Counted from the first letter of the stretch, positions 26,671-40,848 are shown. The stretch: 64,000 bases of DNA from Eledone cirrhosa (GCA_964016885.1 OZ024742.1:317936001-318000000), one strand, 5' to 3'. Numbers and translations: made by a program. The notes: a model not told the origin generated them from the sequence alone.

Positions 26671-26936
26671 TATTTTCGTTCGCTGCGTTTAACATTTCTG
26701 TTAGACGATTGAAATTTTTTACACAAAATTTTTTAAAACAGGTTTTTCACCTCTAGGAGGGGTAAAGATGAGCTGACCCACCGCCTGACAGTTCAGACGG
26801 AGGGTCAAGCTACACAATTGTATCAAAATTAAGTTTGAACTCACAAAATTTCCTCAATAAATTTGAACAAAACTTCTGTGCGAAGTGAATGACATCCACA
26901 CTGTAGAACAGACGACAGCTAGATTATAATATATAT

Positions 26937-26967
<31 letters not shown>

Positions 26968-26996
26968 TATACATATATATATATATGTATATATAC

Positions 26997-27163
<167 letters not shown>

Positions 27164-27164
27164 C

Positions 27165-27195
<31 letters not shown>

Positions 27196-27210
27196 CATAT
27201 ATATATACAT

Positions 27211-27746
27211 AGAGAATTTAGTATATCTACTAACATATGCGTACAGATGTACGCTAATGCTAGCAAATACATAAGTTATGTCATAGTACCTAGGTGGTTC
27301 AATGCAGGAGGATACAGAACAATAATATGAAGGACGTAAAATAAGAACATTTTTAAAAAGATTTAAAATTAACTTACTTACTAAAATTTTCACTCCAACT
27401 AATTAGTTTCTGCAATGGGATAAAGACAGTTACGTAATATAACCGTCGAGAATTCATTGCGTCATCAGGGAGTATATTCTCAGCTAAGTCTCCAGGCAAT
27501 GCGCGGACACTGGGGACTCATATAAAAATAATAATAATTCGGTAGATGGAACAGCTAGCGGGGACTGGATTCCATGCACTGAAAAGCTCGCTGTCTCTGT
27601 TCAAATGGCAGATTCTAAAGAATCAATCACGTGACACTGAGGCTAGTCTTTATCCCATTGCAGAAACTAATTAGTTGGAGTGAAAATTTTAGTAAGTAAG
27701 TTAATTTTTTAAATCTTTTTAAAAATGTTCTTATTTTACGTCCTTC

Positions 27747-27748
<2 letters not shown>
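27211..27748. mobile_element. TA-embedded inverted-repeat unit carrying a hammerhead
   Basis: ~27325-27427 is the reverse complement of ~27646-27748. Confidence 0.8.
27392..27473 (-). ncRNA. Type I hammerhead with extended stem II
   Basis: ACTCC-CTGATGA-CGCAATG...CATTGCA-GAAA-CTAATTAG-TT-GGAGT. Confidence 0.8.
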
Positions 27749-27780
<32 letters not shown>

Positions 27781-27945
27781 GTATATATGTGTATATATAT
27801 GTATATATATATATATATATATATAAATCTTAGCTAAGTGTGTGACAACAGTTACAGGTGGCGTGCCTGTCGAAACACTCGATGCTGATATGAAGTCCGT
27901 TTCCTTTGAGTTGTATTCCAGTGTCACGGCTGTAGTATGCAGAGT

Positions 27946-28205
27946 ATAAATTGATTTAAAAGAATCAAAGTTAGTGTTGAAGTATTTGTGCAAACTTTAT
28001 TTGCATATTACAATTGTTTCGATATCGATCAGCTCATGGTACAATGAAGGTGACGAAGCCCTACTCTTTTTCGACATCTCATCAGATATGCGAGCCTTTG
28101 TCACCTTCATTGTACCATGAGCTGATCGATATTGAAAAAGTTGTAATATGCAAATAAAGTTTGTACATATCCTGCAACACTAACTTTGACTCTTTTAAAT
28201 CTATA
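27946..28205. mobile_element. Palindromic unit carrying a hammerhead
   Basis: Arms are reverse complements around ~28060-28092. Confidence 0.8.
28003..28091 (-). ncRNA. Type I hammerhead with extended stem II
   Basis: GCATAT-CTGATGA-GATGTCGA...TCGATATC-GAAA-CAATTG-TA-ATATGC. Confidence 0.85.
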
Positions 28206-28216
28206 TCAAATATGTA

Positions 28217-28278
<62 letters not shown>

Positions 28279-28427
28279 TGTGTGTGTGTGTGCCTGTGTG
28301 TATGTATTTGTGTGTGTGTGTGCGTGTTTGTGCGTGTGTTTGTGTGTGTGTGAGTATATATATATATATATATGTATATATATCAATGATATTAAATAAA
28401 TGGAAACTATATTTATAAAACCATATT

Positions 28428-28488
28428 TATTCTATTATATATATTTCAAGGGTACCAAAACTTTGGTACGCCCTCATCAGATAAAATA
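28428..28488 (-). ncRNA. Type I hammerhead ribozyme (family copy at 52397-52461)
   Basis: TATTTTAT-CTGATGA-GGGCGTACCAA..TTGGTACCCTT-GAAA-TATATA-TA-ATAGAATA. Confidence 0.8.
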
Positions 28489-28519
28489 CAAAGTTTGTTT
28501 TATAAATATTGACATATCC

Positions 28520-28581
28520 AGGAAGAAGATCTTAACGGTTTAAGTTTTTCCAGGAAAAACTTGAACCGTTAAGATCTTCTT

Positions 28582-28584
<3 letters not shown>
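28520..28584. repeat. Short near-perfect palindrome
   Basis: AGGAAGAAGATCTTAACGGTT...AACCGTTAAGATCTTCTTCCT. Confidence 0.85.
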
Positions 28585-28640
<56 letters not shown>

Positions 28641-28642
<2 letters not shown>

Positions 28643-28748
28643 GTGCTCGAGCTGAAGAAAACTTTGTAAATGAAATCTGGTAGACGGAATATATATATAT
28701 TCCGTCTACCAGATTTCATTTACAAAGTTTTCTTCAGCTCGAGCACAT
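28641..28748. repeat. Perfect palindrome centred on (AT)n
   Basis: ATGTGCTCGAGC...GACGGA-(AT)n-TCCGTC...GCTCGAGCACAT. Confidence 0.9.
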
Positions 28749-29067
28749 TATAGCCGACTGGTTGGGAAAGTATCTTTGTCGAATCGAACTAAGAAATATG
28801 TCTGCGTATATTTGAGTGAGGGTGAAAATATTTAAAACACAAATATTGTTACGAAAATTACGTTAAAATATGAAAAAAAAAGCAGACAGGACAAAAGAAT
28901 TCTTAAAAGTTAAATATTTATATCTCCATTTATCAAGCACATTTTTATTTATCCTTTTATACTTCTAATACCGGCTTAATATTAAATACTCCAGTACTTT
29001 TGTAAGATCATGTTTCACATTTATTTAACACACATACTGTATATTACTGAATTTACTCCTTTATAAT

Positions 29068-29285
29068 GATTTCTACTAGAGGCACAAGGCTAGCAATTTT
29101 GCAGGGAGGGGAAAGTCGATTCAATCAACCCCAGTGTATTACTGGTACTTTATTTTATCGACCCCGTAAAGATGAAAATCAAAACTAACCTCAGCAGGAT
29201 TTGAACTGAAAACGTAAAGGGCTGTAACTCTATACTGTGAAGCAGGTTGTCCGACGCTCTAACGATATTGCCAATCCACCGCCCC
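29068..29285 (-). mobile_element. tRNA-derived SINE
   Basis: Matches the family consensus. Confidence 0.8.
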
Positions 29286-29344
29286 TCACTCCTTTATAAT
29301 GATAAAGGAGTGAATTCAGTAATACATGAGTATTGATTAAGGGG

Positions 29345-29600
29345 ACACAGCGTGGCTGAGTAGTTAAGAAATTTTTTATTCGTAATTCTGAGGTTCCAAG
29401 TTTGGTCGTACATCGTCTCTTTACCATTGCATCGAGTCGTCACGAGCCTAGTGAGTGAAATTGGGTAGACGGACACAGCGTGGAAGCCCGTCGAATGGAT
29501 TGTACCTGTAAATCCAGCCTCGTCACATTTTGAGTCATGCTGGTTCGGGTTGGGAATAACGTGTCTGTGGAATACTCAACCACATAAACGTTAGTTCATT
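29345..29600 (+). mobile_element. Second SINE-like repeat family (related copies ~46990-47290 and ~57240-57490)
   Basis: Shared GAAATTGGGTAGACGGA..GGAAGCCCGTC..TGTACCTG segments. Confidence 0.55.
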
Positions 29601-31039
29601 AATTGAAGAGTATTCATTAAAAATTAAAAATAAAATCATAAACAAATCTATTTCAAATAACAACAACACTACAGATATTAAAAAACGGAAAATGAAGGGA
29701 AAAGAAAGAACCCTAGGGTCACAGAAGAATGGGAGAGGGGAGGGTGATGGGCTCTAGGCCTAGGGCGCAAACGTATATTTAATTGAACAACTGAATACTC
29801 ATCGTCGAAACCGACGGAAAATCCATTACTATCTGATAAAAATGGAGTTTATATTATTACATGTAAAAACTAAAGAATGATGGGAGTTAATCAATAGTGT
29901 GTAAATTAAATAGTCTTTCTAACTAAAAGAAAAAATAAATATTATTATATTTATTTTTGTAACATTTTTTTAAACAGGAAGTCGAATAGAATCCCCTCAG
30001 TAGTAGTTTTAACCATGATTAAAACTTAAGTAACTCGTTATTGTGTATGGATTTTTCTCCTTCGTATTTTGCTTATATTTTATGTAATATAATTTGGATA
30101 ATGTATTTTGTTATATTTGTTGGGGATTTCATACTTAAAAACATACAAAACTATAACATAGTGTAAAATACAAATTATAAAGCCTTACAAAATGAAACAA
30201 TATCGTTTTCAACAAACAATATTTCAGAGTAAATACTTTGGCAAATATAATGAAAAAAATACAATGAGACAATAATTGAATATCGGAAACTAAGCCTCAA
30301 ATTGATTATTAATAGAAAGTTGTAGCGCTTCAACTTAGCGATGTCCACATGAAAAAAAAACGTAAGATAAATTTACACGCAATTGTTGATTGTATCATTT
30401 TGTTATATTTTCTGAATAAAGATTTTTAAAGAGAAACAGGAAATTTCTATGGTTCCTTTTTTTTTTTAACCACGTTAAACAGTCGATTTGAGAACGGCTA
30501 TAATGAAACTTTTGTTTGTTCTTGTACGCAAACGGGAAATTTCAGGAAGAAGTTGTTTTTATTATTGTTTTATGTTGCTGTGGTTAATGATAAGATCTAT
30601 GTCTGCCTCTGGTCGGACATACCTCTGATCAAAGATGTTCCATTTGTGATTTACTCATCTTTTTTTTTTTGTATATTCAGAACTACATAAAAGAATGTAT
30701 CTTTCCTTTCTTTAAGACTGCAATGTATAGTATTAGGTAGATTTAGCTGCTATTTCTAGCAAGTTGCGTGGCCATCTAGAGATTCCTTCGTTGGCTTAAA
30801 GAGTTTAATGTTAGATAGTTAGATAATATAATGTGCATGTCTTTCCCAATCCAACTAAGTGAGGCCCTTTTAATTTGACATTGAAAATGTTTCTTGAACT
30901 CAATTTGCCGAAGAGCAGCAGCTTCAGTAATAATAATAATTTCTCACATTTAAAAGAAAGAAGTAATAGGTGCTATGACTTTCTTTAAAGCTATTCAGTT
31001 GATTAATCCTGTTTAGATTAACCTCGAAAATGTTGACAA

Positions 31040-31335
31040 CTTACGCTGTTCCTATTGTCCACCTATGTCAGTGGAACTTCTGTCATATATAGAATGCACT
31101 GAGTTTCATTCCAGCCGTGCGGCACTCGGCACCAAACCTATCAAGTGAAGATCCTCTTCTGACTAATTAAGTAATACCATGTCGTCTGCAAATTCCAACC
31201 GACTGATTCTACACCCGCCAATCGTGATACCACTTCCAACCCTGGTTGCACATGTCAATCCTGTTCATGAAGATTATGAACAGAAGTGACTCCCTCATTC
31301 AATGGTTTCTATTTAGCACCATTTGTCCGAACACA
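31040..31335 (-). mobile_element. Degenerate LINE RT fragment
   Basis: Minus-strand translation RLEFADDM (RT catalytic motif). Confidence 0.5.
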
Positions 31336-32494
31336 AATATTAGGGCATTCGTATTGGGACATCAGGACAATAACCCTTTGAGCTACAATAAAATTGTGGA
31401 ACTGGAGATGGATAACGTAACTTTTGTTGAGGGTTTTGTCTCTTATCATCTTCAGTATGAGTTGTCCCCTTGAGGACTCTTTCTTTCTCCTTCCTCCGCC
31501 ATATTCTTACTTTTACCCAAGTGTTTCTTACCCTTCTCTTTGTCTTGCGACGATAGCTCAAAGACATTGCTTGGAGCTGACTGACTTTTTGTTTGTGTAT
31601 GTTTTTGTTGTTGTTGTTTTTTGCTGGGAGGTCTTATTAAACATTGATTACCTAAATTATGACCATTGATGTTTATGAAGAGAATTAGATGACTTTCTTT
31701 TCTTTCATTCACTCTCGGGGTGCTTTAACAACAGAAAACGCTGGTTGGTTGTCAGGTACTTGCTGATGCGGTTGCTTCCCCTCGTATCTGCTATTTTCCT
31801 CTAATTTCTTTTTTTTTCTTTTTTCTAAACAGAAATGTTCAAATGTTTTTTTCTTACCAGCTATTTAGTATTTAAACTTTCTCACCACCACCATCCCCAA
31901 ATCCCCCCCCCCCCACACCCTTCCCCTATTTAGTTACTGAGCTCCCTGGGTGGCCATATGGTTCACAGGGGTCAGGTATCATTAATATTTGACGATCAGG
32001 TTTTCTGTCCTCGACCTGACTGGTTTCATCATTAAACCCTCTGAAATGGCCCTACGGTTCTCAAGGATCGATACTTATCACAACCGATCATTTTTACATG
32101 TCGTTTGTCTTTTCCCGATCGTCAAAATTCTTTTCGTGAAAATTTGCTATCCAAGTTTCTTTCATCGTCCTCGTGCTTACCTAACAACCTATGGGCCAGT
32201 CTGAAACACGAGCACCGACTGTCTGTCCCTTCACTTTCTATTTTGTTTTAAGGAGTAGGGTTATAATTCAAAACTCTTGTGTCATCAATACAGAAGAATT
32301 CTTGATGCACATTTATCGTGTTCCGGTCGAGCTTTCTACCTTTCCGATCATCTCTCTACCTTCATATTGAAAATATTTATAATATGGGAATCACATTAAA
32401 AATATTTATAAGCGCCAAATCAGAATTTTCGAAATAATATTCTACAGAAACACCAAGGTTGATGTTGTTGCTGCGGCTGTTGTTGCTGTTGTTG

Positions 32495-32529
<35 letters not shown>

Positions 32530-32599
32530 TCTTTTGTTGTTGACATTGAGGCTGTTGTTTCTTATGGTATTGTATTTGTTGAATACAACTAGAAAACTA

Positions 32600-33620
32600 T
32601 TATAAAAAGATCCAATGTACGACTACATAAATATCAAGTAAAGAATAATTTATACAAATAGCTACAAAACATGAACAAAACAAACTGCTTTCTGTTATGA
32701 GGGAAGCCAACAAAGATAAACCAGAGGCTCAGGTAACATATAGATTTAAGTGGGATGGAGAAACGACATGGGAAATTGTGAACATAATAAACAAAGCCGA
32801 ACATACGACAACGGAATAACATGCTAAAATGGTGACAAAACCTCCTCTGCAAAGTCAATACCTGAAGAGAAAAGAAATCAACAAAAATAAGAAAATAGTG
32901 AAAGAAAATTCGCAATACTTGCTCTAAGAAGCACAGAAGTCAAAGCTGTGATGGAAATAATGTTGAATTCATCAGAAGGATCAATGCCTTGCCACCAGAA
33001 GCTGTCAAATATACGTTACGAAGTAGATTGCATTACATAACTCCAGAATACATGGAGGATGGGGAAACACTATTAACCTTATTGTCCCTGGTTTCCCATT
33101 CCTAGCCAAGAGTTAATACTTCTCCTAACGTGACACTGTTGGGGTTTTTTTATATACTGGAAATTGTGCCCACAGAAAAAAGGTGGCATAGACTTACACC
33201 AGAAACGATCTGAAATAATGACAAAGTGACCATAATCTGGGATACACTATTGCGCATAGACAGTAGGATCGCTGCTAATCCACTGAATATCGTTCTTAAG
33301 ATTCCACAGGAAAAGAAATGCCTCCTGATCGAAGTATCAATCTGAAAATACGATGAAAGAAACGGAGAAATTATCCAAATATAAAGAACTGGGAATATAG
33401 ATAAGCAGAATATGGTGACAGAAACTGAAATAAATCAATAAATGCCGAATGAAAGATTTTTTTTTTAATAGAGATGTAAGCAATATACAACTAAACCCCT
33501 TGGAATTGCACATATAGACATGTACACAACACAGCAAATAGCACTAGTAGGCTTCGCACACAAATTACGTCCAAAACTTTCAATATAATAGAAAACCGTG
33601 GCAAAACATTGCACATACCA
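32600..33620 (+). mobile_element. Degenerate RLE-type (NeSL/R4/Hero-like) non-LTR relic
   Basis: NDKVTIIWDTLLRIDSRIAANPLNIV resembles the lWD..TD..NRPDIv restriction-like endonuclease motif. Confidence 0.55.
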
Positions 33621-33834
33621 ATGACATACAGAGCTGCGTTCGGTTGTAGAGTAAAGACACAATATAATATAACAATACTGAATAATAAAAGAGAGTAACA
33701 ATACTGAATAATGATAACAATAGCGATAATGGCAGTTTCAACAATTGATGCACTCAAAACGAATTAAGTTGAATTTAGTGTAGCACGGATAGCAATGAAT
33801 TTAAATGAAGATGAGTAGGACGAGAAGGAGGCGA

Positions 33835-34290
33835 GTGGTGGTGGTGGTGGTGACGGTGGCGGTGGTGGTGATGGTAGTGGTGGTGGCGGTCGTGGTAATG
33901 GTGGTGGTCGTCGTGGTGGTTGTCGTCGTCATCGCCATCGTGGTAATCTGGTGGTGGTGGTGGTGGTGGTGATCGTGATGGTGGTGTTGGTGGTGGTGAT
34001 TTTGGTGGTGGCGGTGGTGGTTGTGGTGGTGATGGTGCTGGTGGTAGTGGCGGTGGTGGCGGTGGTGGTTGTGGTGGTGATGGTGCTGGTGGTAGTGGCG
34101 GTGGTGGCGGTCGTGGTTTTGGTGGAGGTGGTGGTGGTGGATGTGGTGGTGATGGTAGTGGTGGTGGGGGTGGGGGTGATGATGTCGGTGGAGGTTGTAG
34201 TGGTTGTGGACCTGGTGGTAATGGTGGTGGTACTGCTGTTGCTACTGATGGTGATAATGATGTCGATGACGACAACGACGACAACAACTA
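33835..34290. repeat. (GGT)n-rich low-complexity tract
   Basis: Direct inspection. Confidence 0.9.
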
Positions 34291-34819
34291 CAACATACAA
34301 AAATGTAATAAAATTATAATTATCTCCCCCTATCATCAACACACTCATCGACATTATTGTCATCTTTCAAATACAATCCTCGCTACTGAAAATATTATTT
34401 ATACAATTTCAATCGTTCCTCTTTCACTAAAATTTATTCGTTTTCATTCAATTTATTTTGTTGCTTTTAAATATTTTTTATTTTTTTATTTTATACATTA
34501 TTATTATTAATATTATTAATTTTATGCCATTTTGTAGTTTTTCCGTTTTATTTTTATGCTGTTGCTGTTTTGTATAAAAATGATATTTGAAAATTAGAAA
34601 GAGAATTGAAATATATAGCTAAAAATAAAATAATTATAATAGTAATAATAATCTTTTTATTATTGGTTACAAGCAATAGGAAATGTGTCGTACAAAGGAG
34701 GTTGAAAAACGTGTGGACACACACACACACACACACACACATACACATATATATTTATGTGTGTGTGTGTATATATATATATATAATAAATATATATATA
34801 CGTATATATATAAATATAT

Positions 34820-35442
34820 AGTTAAAGAATGAAGAGTAACATGGTTAACTGTGCAATAAGGGCTTTATTTAAAGTACTGACAATTGTTTCGTTGATCAGG
34901 TGAGTCTAGAGTTCGCTAATCGCTTGAGGTTGTATCATTTGTACATCTCGAATCTGGTTTCACATGTTAGCACTAAACCCACCAACGAATCCTTATAAGA
35001 ACACTTACTCAAAAACTACTACTATGTACTTACCCGCTCTCACTTATTTATTTCTTTATATTTTCCATTTTCTCATTTTCTTATTTTGTAATGTAACCTA
35101 TCTTATATTTTACTTTTTACTGTTTACATCTGTAACTTCTCTACCTATTTACCATACATATTTTATTATTGATGTTATTGTTTTGATTATACACTATTTT
35201 ATTATTGATGTTATTGTTTTGATTATATGCTATTTTTCTATATAAGTCTTGCTTCGAGTGAATTATTTTCATATCTACGTACTCTGATGTGTTGACCAGA
35301 GGTAAATAATGTATTGGAGATCGAATGACGCAACCTCAAGCGATTAGCGAACTCTAGACTCACCTGATCAACGAAACAATTGTCAATACCTGAAATAAAG
35401 CCCTTATTGTACAGCCAACCATGTTACTCTTCATTCTTTAAC
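34820..35442. mobile_element. Inverted-repeat unit (~110 bp arms) with an extended-stem-II hammerhead at 35279-35389 (+)
   Basis: 34820-34932 is the reverse complement of 35330-35442; GTACT-CTGATGT-GTTGACCAG...CTGATCAAC-GAAA-CAATTG-TC. Confidence 0.7.
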
Positions 35443-35605
35443 TGTTATTACTCCAAGTATAACCTGCATAGAAATTACCGCGAACTCGCTGCATAACTAT
35501 GGAAGCATCTTGTTGAGTCAAACAAAGCCGTACGTTAAAACTATCCACGACGCAGAGTACTCACAACCTCTAACTGGATTACCTATAACGATAACGTGTT
35601 ATCCC

Positions 35606-35728
<123 letters not shown>

Positions 35729-35790
35729 GGGTTCAGTTGGGGGTAAGTACAGTAAGTAAGGTACTCAATACATTAGTAGAGTATATACAA

Positions 35791-35932
35791 CAAAATTTAA
35801 TACAGAAATGGCTTCTACAGGACTAGAACTGTTTCATTCGAAGGAAATCATCAGAAGAGCCTGCATTCCTGGTAATTTCCTTTGAGTGAAATAGTTCTAG
35901 TCCTGTAGAAGCCATTTCTATATTAAATTTTG
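35791..35932. mobile_element. Palindromic unit with degenerate hammerheads (family of 51452-52008)
   Basis: CTACAGGACTAGAACTGTTTC...GAAATAGTTCTAGTCCTGTAG. Confidence 0.75.
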
Positions 35933-36196
35933 TTTTATATATATATATATAGATATATATATATATATATACAGAAGAAGGGGATCAGTTTTCCTCATCA
36001 GTTGTCTACTGGGGGTCTCGGTTATTTCCACGCTTTAAAGACAAGATATCTACCGCCCAGAGCATTCAATAACTGGGTAAGTTATTGGGAAAACGGAGGA
36101 GGGAGGGAAGGAAAATAGAAGGGAAAAGGGAAGAGAAAGAGAAAACAGCGAAAAAAAACCAACAGACCAAGCAATGTGCGAGCAACTTAAGGTAAG

Positions 36197-36237
<41 letters not shown>

Positions 36238-36698
36238 GGGGGGAGTAAAAAATGATTATGTGATTAGCTTTGCCTTTCATCCTTACGGAGTCGACAAAAT
36301 AAAGTACCAGTAATGCACTGGGTCGATTTAATCCTCCCCAAAAATTGCTGGCCATGTGTCTATAGTAGAAATCGGGCAGCTGTCTTTGGCCTGAAGATAG
36401 GAAACCCATTGTGGTGGTGGTGGTGTTATTGATGGGGGTGGGTTATTGGGAGTGATGGTGATGATGATGATGATGGGGGAGAGGAGGAGGAGGGGGGTGA
36501 GGGGGAGTAGGAGGATTGAAAAAGGATAATCATCAAGCGTGGGCTAAAAGAGGAAGAAATGTAACGGAAGGAGAGAATGGATAAGAGGAATTGTGGGCGT
36601 TCTGTTGATGACTGGTGCTTGGGGAATGGCTTCGATTTAGGAGAGAGCAAAACAGTAAATGATAGTGGGTGGTAAAGTAGTAGAGAGACAGAATGAGA

Positions 36699-36787
<89 letters not shown>

Positions 36788-37588
36788 AGAGAGAGGGGAG
36801 AGAGAAGAAGAGAGAGAGATTTCGGTGATATATGAAACAGAAAACGATGAAAATACATTTTGATCTCAAACCACCTGAAACAAGTTAAAACTATTCATTC
36901 TAAAGTATTTATATTTATCTAAAACTTTGTCCATCATAATTCTATGTAAAAACCTTTGTTCCGTTATTCTCCAAATGAATAATGAGAAAGATATATTACT
37001 GCTACCTTCAAATTCTTTATTGTTTAAAAAATATTATAAAATCATGAGCAGCGCCTTTCATGATGGAATTTGAAACAGATATATTTGTAAGTGAGATAAA
37101 AACGTGGATTTCGTCAGTGAGAAGGTGAAGTTATATCAATGCTATTTATGGCAAATATAGAGATATAATTTATGTAACAAAATAATAGGAAGAGTCGTAA
37201 TTTATATAAGAATCGATTGAATGAGAACAAATAGGAAGAGGGGGAGAGAGGGAGAGAAATATTGCTATGTAAAAGGTGAAGCTGAAAACAAACAGGCATT
37301 AGATAGAAAAAGATTATATTCTGAGTTCAAATCATACCGAGGTCAACTTTGTTTTTCATTCTTCCATGGTCGATAAAATGAAGTACCAGTCAAATACTGG
37401 TTCGATATAATTGACTTAACCGCTTCTGCTACTTGCTGGTTTTGTGCCTGAATTAGAAACCAGTATTAACAACTAATATTTAATGCGATGATATCATGGG
37501 GCTGTTTTATACTTTTTAAGAATGTCTTGTTAATTCAGTTTTGTATAGTACAGGATATAAAGAGTTAAACATTCCTTTTGTCTTTCAG

Positions 37589-37831
37589 AACCAGATACCT
37601 GTGGAACTAGATTTATAATCCCGTACCTCAGCGAGTCGATCAAGTGTGAGGTCAGTATTGAAGTTGTACCGCAGCTTCTCAACACCACCCATATCAATCT
37701 CACATCCACCCACATGAATTCATACCTCAATGCCAGTTATGAAATCGCCCCAAACAGTTCTCTTGTAATAGAACTGAATTTTCCCAGAATCCGTCTGCAG
37801 GATGCCATGTTGGAGGAAGATAAAGCTGTAG
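37589..37831 (+). CDS. Host gene exon, IgGFc-binding (FCGBP N-terminal)-like protein
   Basis: Acceptor tttgtctttcAG, donor GTAAGT; 243 nt open, phase 1-1: PDTCGTRFIIPYL...EEDKAV; joins in frame to 57841. Confidence 0.75.
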
Positions 37832-38481
37832 GTAAGTAGACTTTTACTTTCCTTTGTTCTCATTTTGCTTTTAGCCCCTGGCGGCGAATTAACAGTGCTA
37901 TTAGAGTATTGGATAGAAGAACTTGCGGTCCGGCTCTCTCTCTGCACTGAGTTCAAATCCCGACAAAGTCATGTTTATATTGTAACAATCCTGAACATAC
38001 ACACATACATACATAATGGCTGCATCTCGGTTTCAAGAATTGCCATCTCTTGACCTTTTTCTCATACATGGGTGGCGCGGACAGGACTTTTTAGACTTGC
38101 CAAGGACTTAGATTCCTTTCTGAGTATACTGCTTTAATAGATAAAATAAAATGCCATGCTCACGCAACACATGTGAAAGTCATTTAGATCAAGTGATGTC
38201 TGTGCTTGGAGCTTTTTTAGGTGAATAAAATCCTTGACTGGACCATTCCCATTCACTGAACAACGGTGACCAATAAGAAGATCAAGTCAATATCATTGGC
38301 TGCCATCGAGTCGCAGGTTTTACATCAGAATTTTTCTACTCCTAGAATGATGTCCTAACAAGAACTAGGTGTCTCACGCTCGGTGGGCTAACTGCGTGCT
38401 CATGCATTCATACATACATACATACATACATACATACATACATACATACATACATACATACATACATACATACATACATAC

Positions 38482-39080
38482 ATGGTGGCTGCCAACTCGT
38501 TTTCGAGTACGGCCACTACTTTATATCCATGTAGGAGGACCCCTACCGATGCGCTGAACGAGTGTTACTTTTCAGTCCGGCCAGCGACTTGAAAACTTTG
38601 GTACAAACACTACACATGTGACAATTATTGACACATAGTGCTGGGCCCATGGTACCATGTGACGACAAGTGCAGAGAGATCTCCAGATATAAAGCAATGC
38701 CTGTGCCGTGAAGTTTTTATAGTGAGCAAAGGCACTGCACAAAGCCAGTCCCACTCTCTTAACCAGGATGATATTTACCAAAAAGAAGAACAAGTCAACA
38801 TCATTGGATATCATCAGGGTTGCAGGTGTGATATCAGAGTTTTCCTTCTCCTAGAATTCTGCCTTGACAAAGGCTAAGGGGTCATCTCTCCCGGTGATTT
38901 TGGATGGCCATTGACTCTTAAGAGCTCCTTTGCCCTTTGACAGGTTTTGTTTTTAGTCCTGCAGGATGTCCAAAGTCACCCTCCTCACCAAGAAACCTTG
39001 GTGGGGTTGCCAGTTTAGTCGCCAACGACCCGACCATTGTACAGGTTGTACTGGGATACATGTTACCAGTAGCACCAACT
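38482..39080 (-). mobile_element. ~590 bp repeat, copy 1 (RTE-like 5' region)
   Basis: Near-identical to 41311-41896; CCTTCTCCTAG..GCCTTGACAAAGGCT resembles RTE 5' UTR motifs. Confidence 0.55.
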
Positions 39081-39089
39081 GGTGACCTG

Positions 39090-39407
39090 ACATATATATA
39101 TACATACATACATACATACATACACATGTATGTATATATATATATATATATATATATACATACATACACATATATATACATACACATGTATGTATATATA
39201 TATATATATGTGTGTATGTATATATATATATATGTGTATGTATATATATATATATATATATGTGTATGTATATATATATGTATATATATGTGTATGTATA
39301 TATATATATATATATATGTGTATGTATATATATATATGTGTATGTATATATATATGTGTGTATGTATATTTCTATGTGTATATATATATATATATATATA
39401 CATACAT

Positions 39408-39444
<37 letters not shown>

Positions 39445-39447
39445 CAT

Positions 39448-39508
<61 letters not shown>

Positions 39509-39511
39509 CAT

Positions 39512-39548
<37 letters not shown>

Positions 39549-39866
39549 GAAATATACATACACATATATATATATACATACACATATATATATATACATA
39601 CACATATATATATATATATATATATACATACACATATATATACATATATATATACATACACATATATATATATATATATATACATACACATATATATATA
39701 TATACATACACATATATATATATATATACATACACATATATATATATATATATACATACACATATATATATATATATACATACACATATATATATATATA
39801 TACATACACATATATATATATATATATATACATACACACATATATATATATATATATATATATGTG

Positions 39867-39908
<42 letters not shown>

Positions 39909-39931
39909 CACATATTTATATATATATACAT

Positions 39932-39966
<35 letters not shown>

Positions 39967-40056
39967 CACATATATATATATATATATATACATACACATA
40001 TATATATATATACATACACATATATATATACATACACATATATATATATATACATA

Positions 40057-40087
<31 letters not shown>

Positions 40088-40251
40088 ACACATATATATA
40101 TAAATATATACATACACATATATATATATATATATACATACACATATATATATATATATACATACACATATATATATACATACATATATATATATATATA
40201 CATACACATATATATATATATATACATACACATATATATATACATATACAT

Positions 40252-40288
<37 letters not shown>

Positions 40289-40813
40289 CACATATATATA
40301 TATACATACATACACATATATATATATATATACATACACATATATATATATATATACATACATACACATATATATATATATATACATACATACACATATA
40401 TATATATACATACATACACACATATATATATATATATACATACATACACATATATATATATACATACACATATATATATATATACATACATACACATATA
40501 TATATACATACACATATATATATATACATACATACACATATATATATACATACACATATATATATATATACATACACACATATATATATATACGTACACA
40601 TATATACATACATACACATATATATATATACATACATACACATATATATATATACATACATACACATATATATATATACATACATACACATATATATATA
40701 TATACATACATACACATATATATATACATACATACACATATATATATATATACATACATACACATATATATATATATATATATATACATACATACACACA
40801 TACATACACATAT

Positions 40814-40848
<35 letters not shown>

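Larger units (their letters stand above)
21086..26925 (-). mobile_element. Near-full-length L1/Tx1-clade non-LTR retrotransposon
   Basis: ORF1 plus ORF2; AATAAA near the 3' end; both ends abut (TA)n. Confidence 0.9.

Noticed and set aside
29978-30110. Possible signal-peptide or 5' exon of the host gene
   Set aside because: A good acceptor is present, but the nearest ATG frame has an early stop and there is no clear phase-1 donor.
33775-34363. Pro/His-rich or Thr-rich ORFs (extensin/mucin-like)
   Set aside because: (GGT)n low complexity with no splice or domain support.
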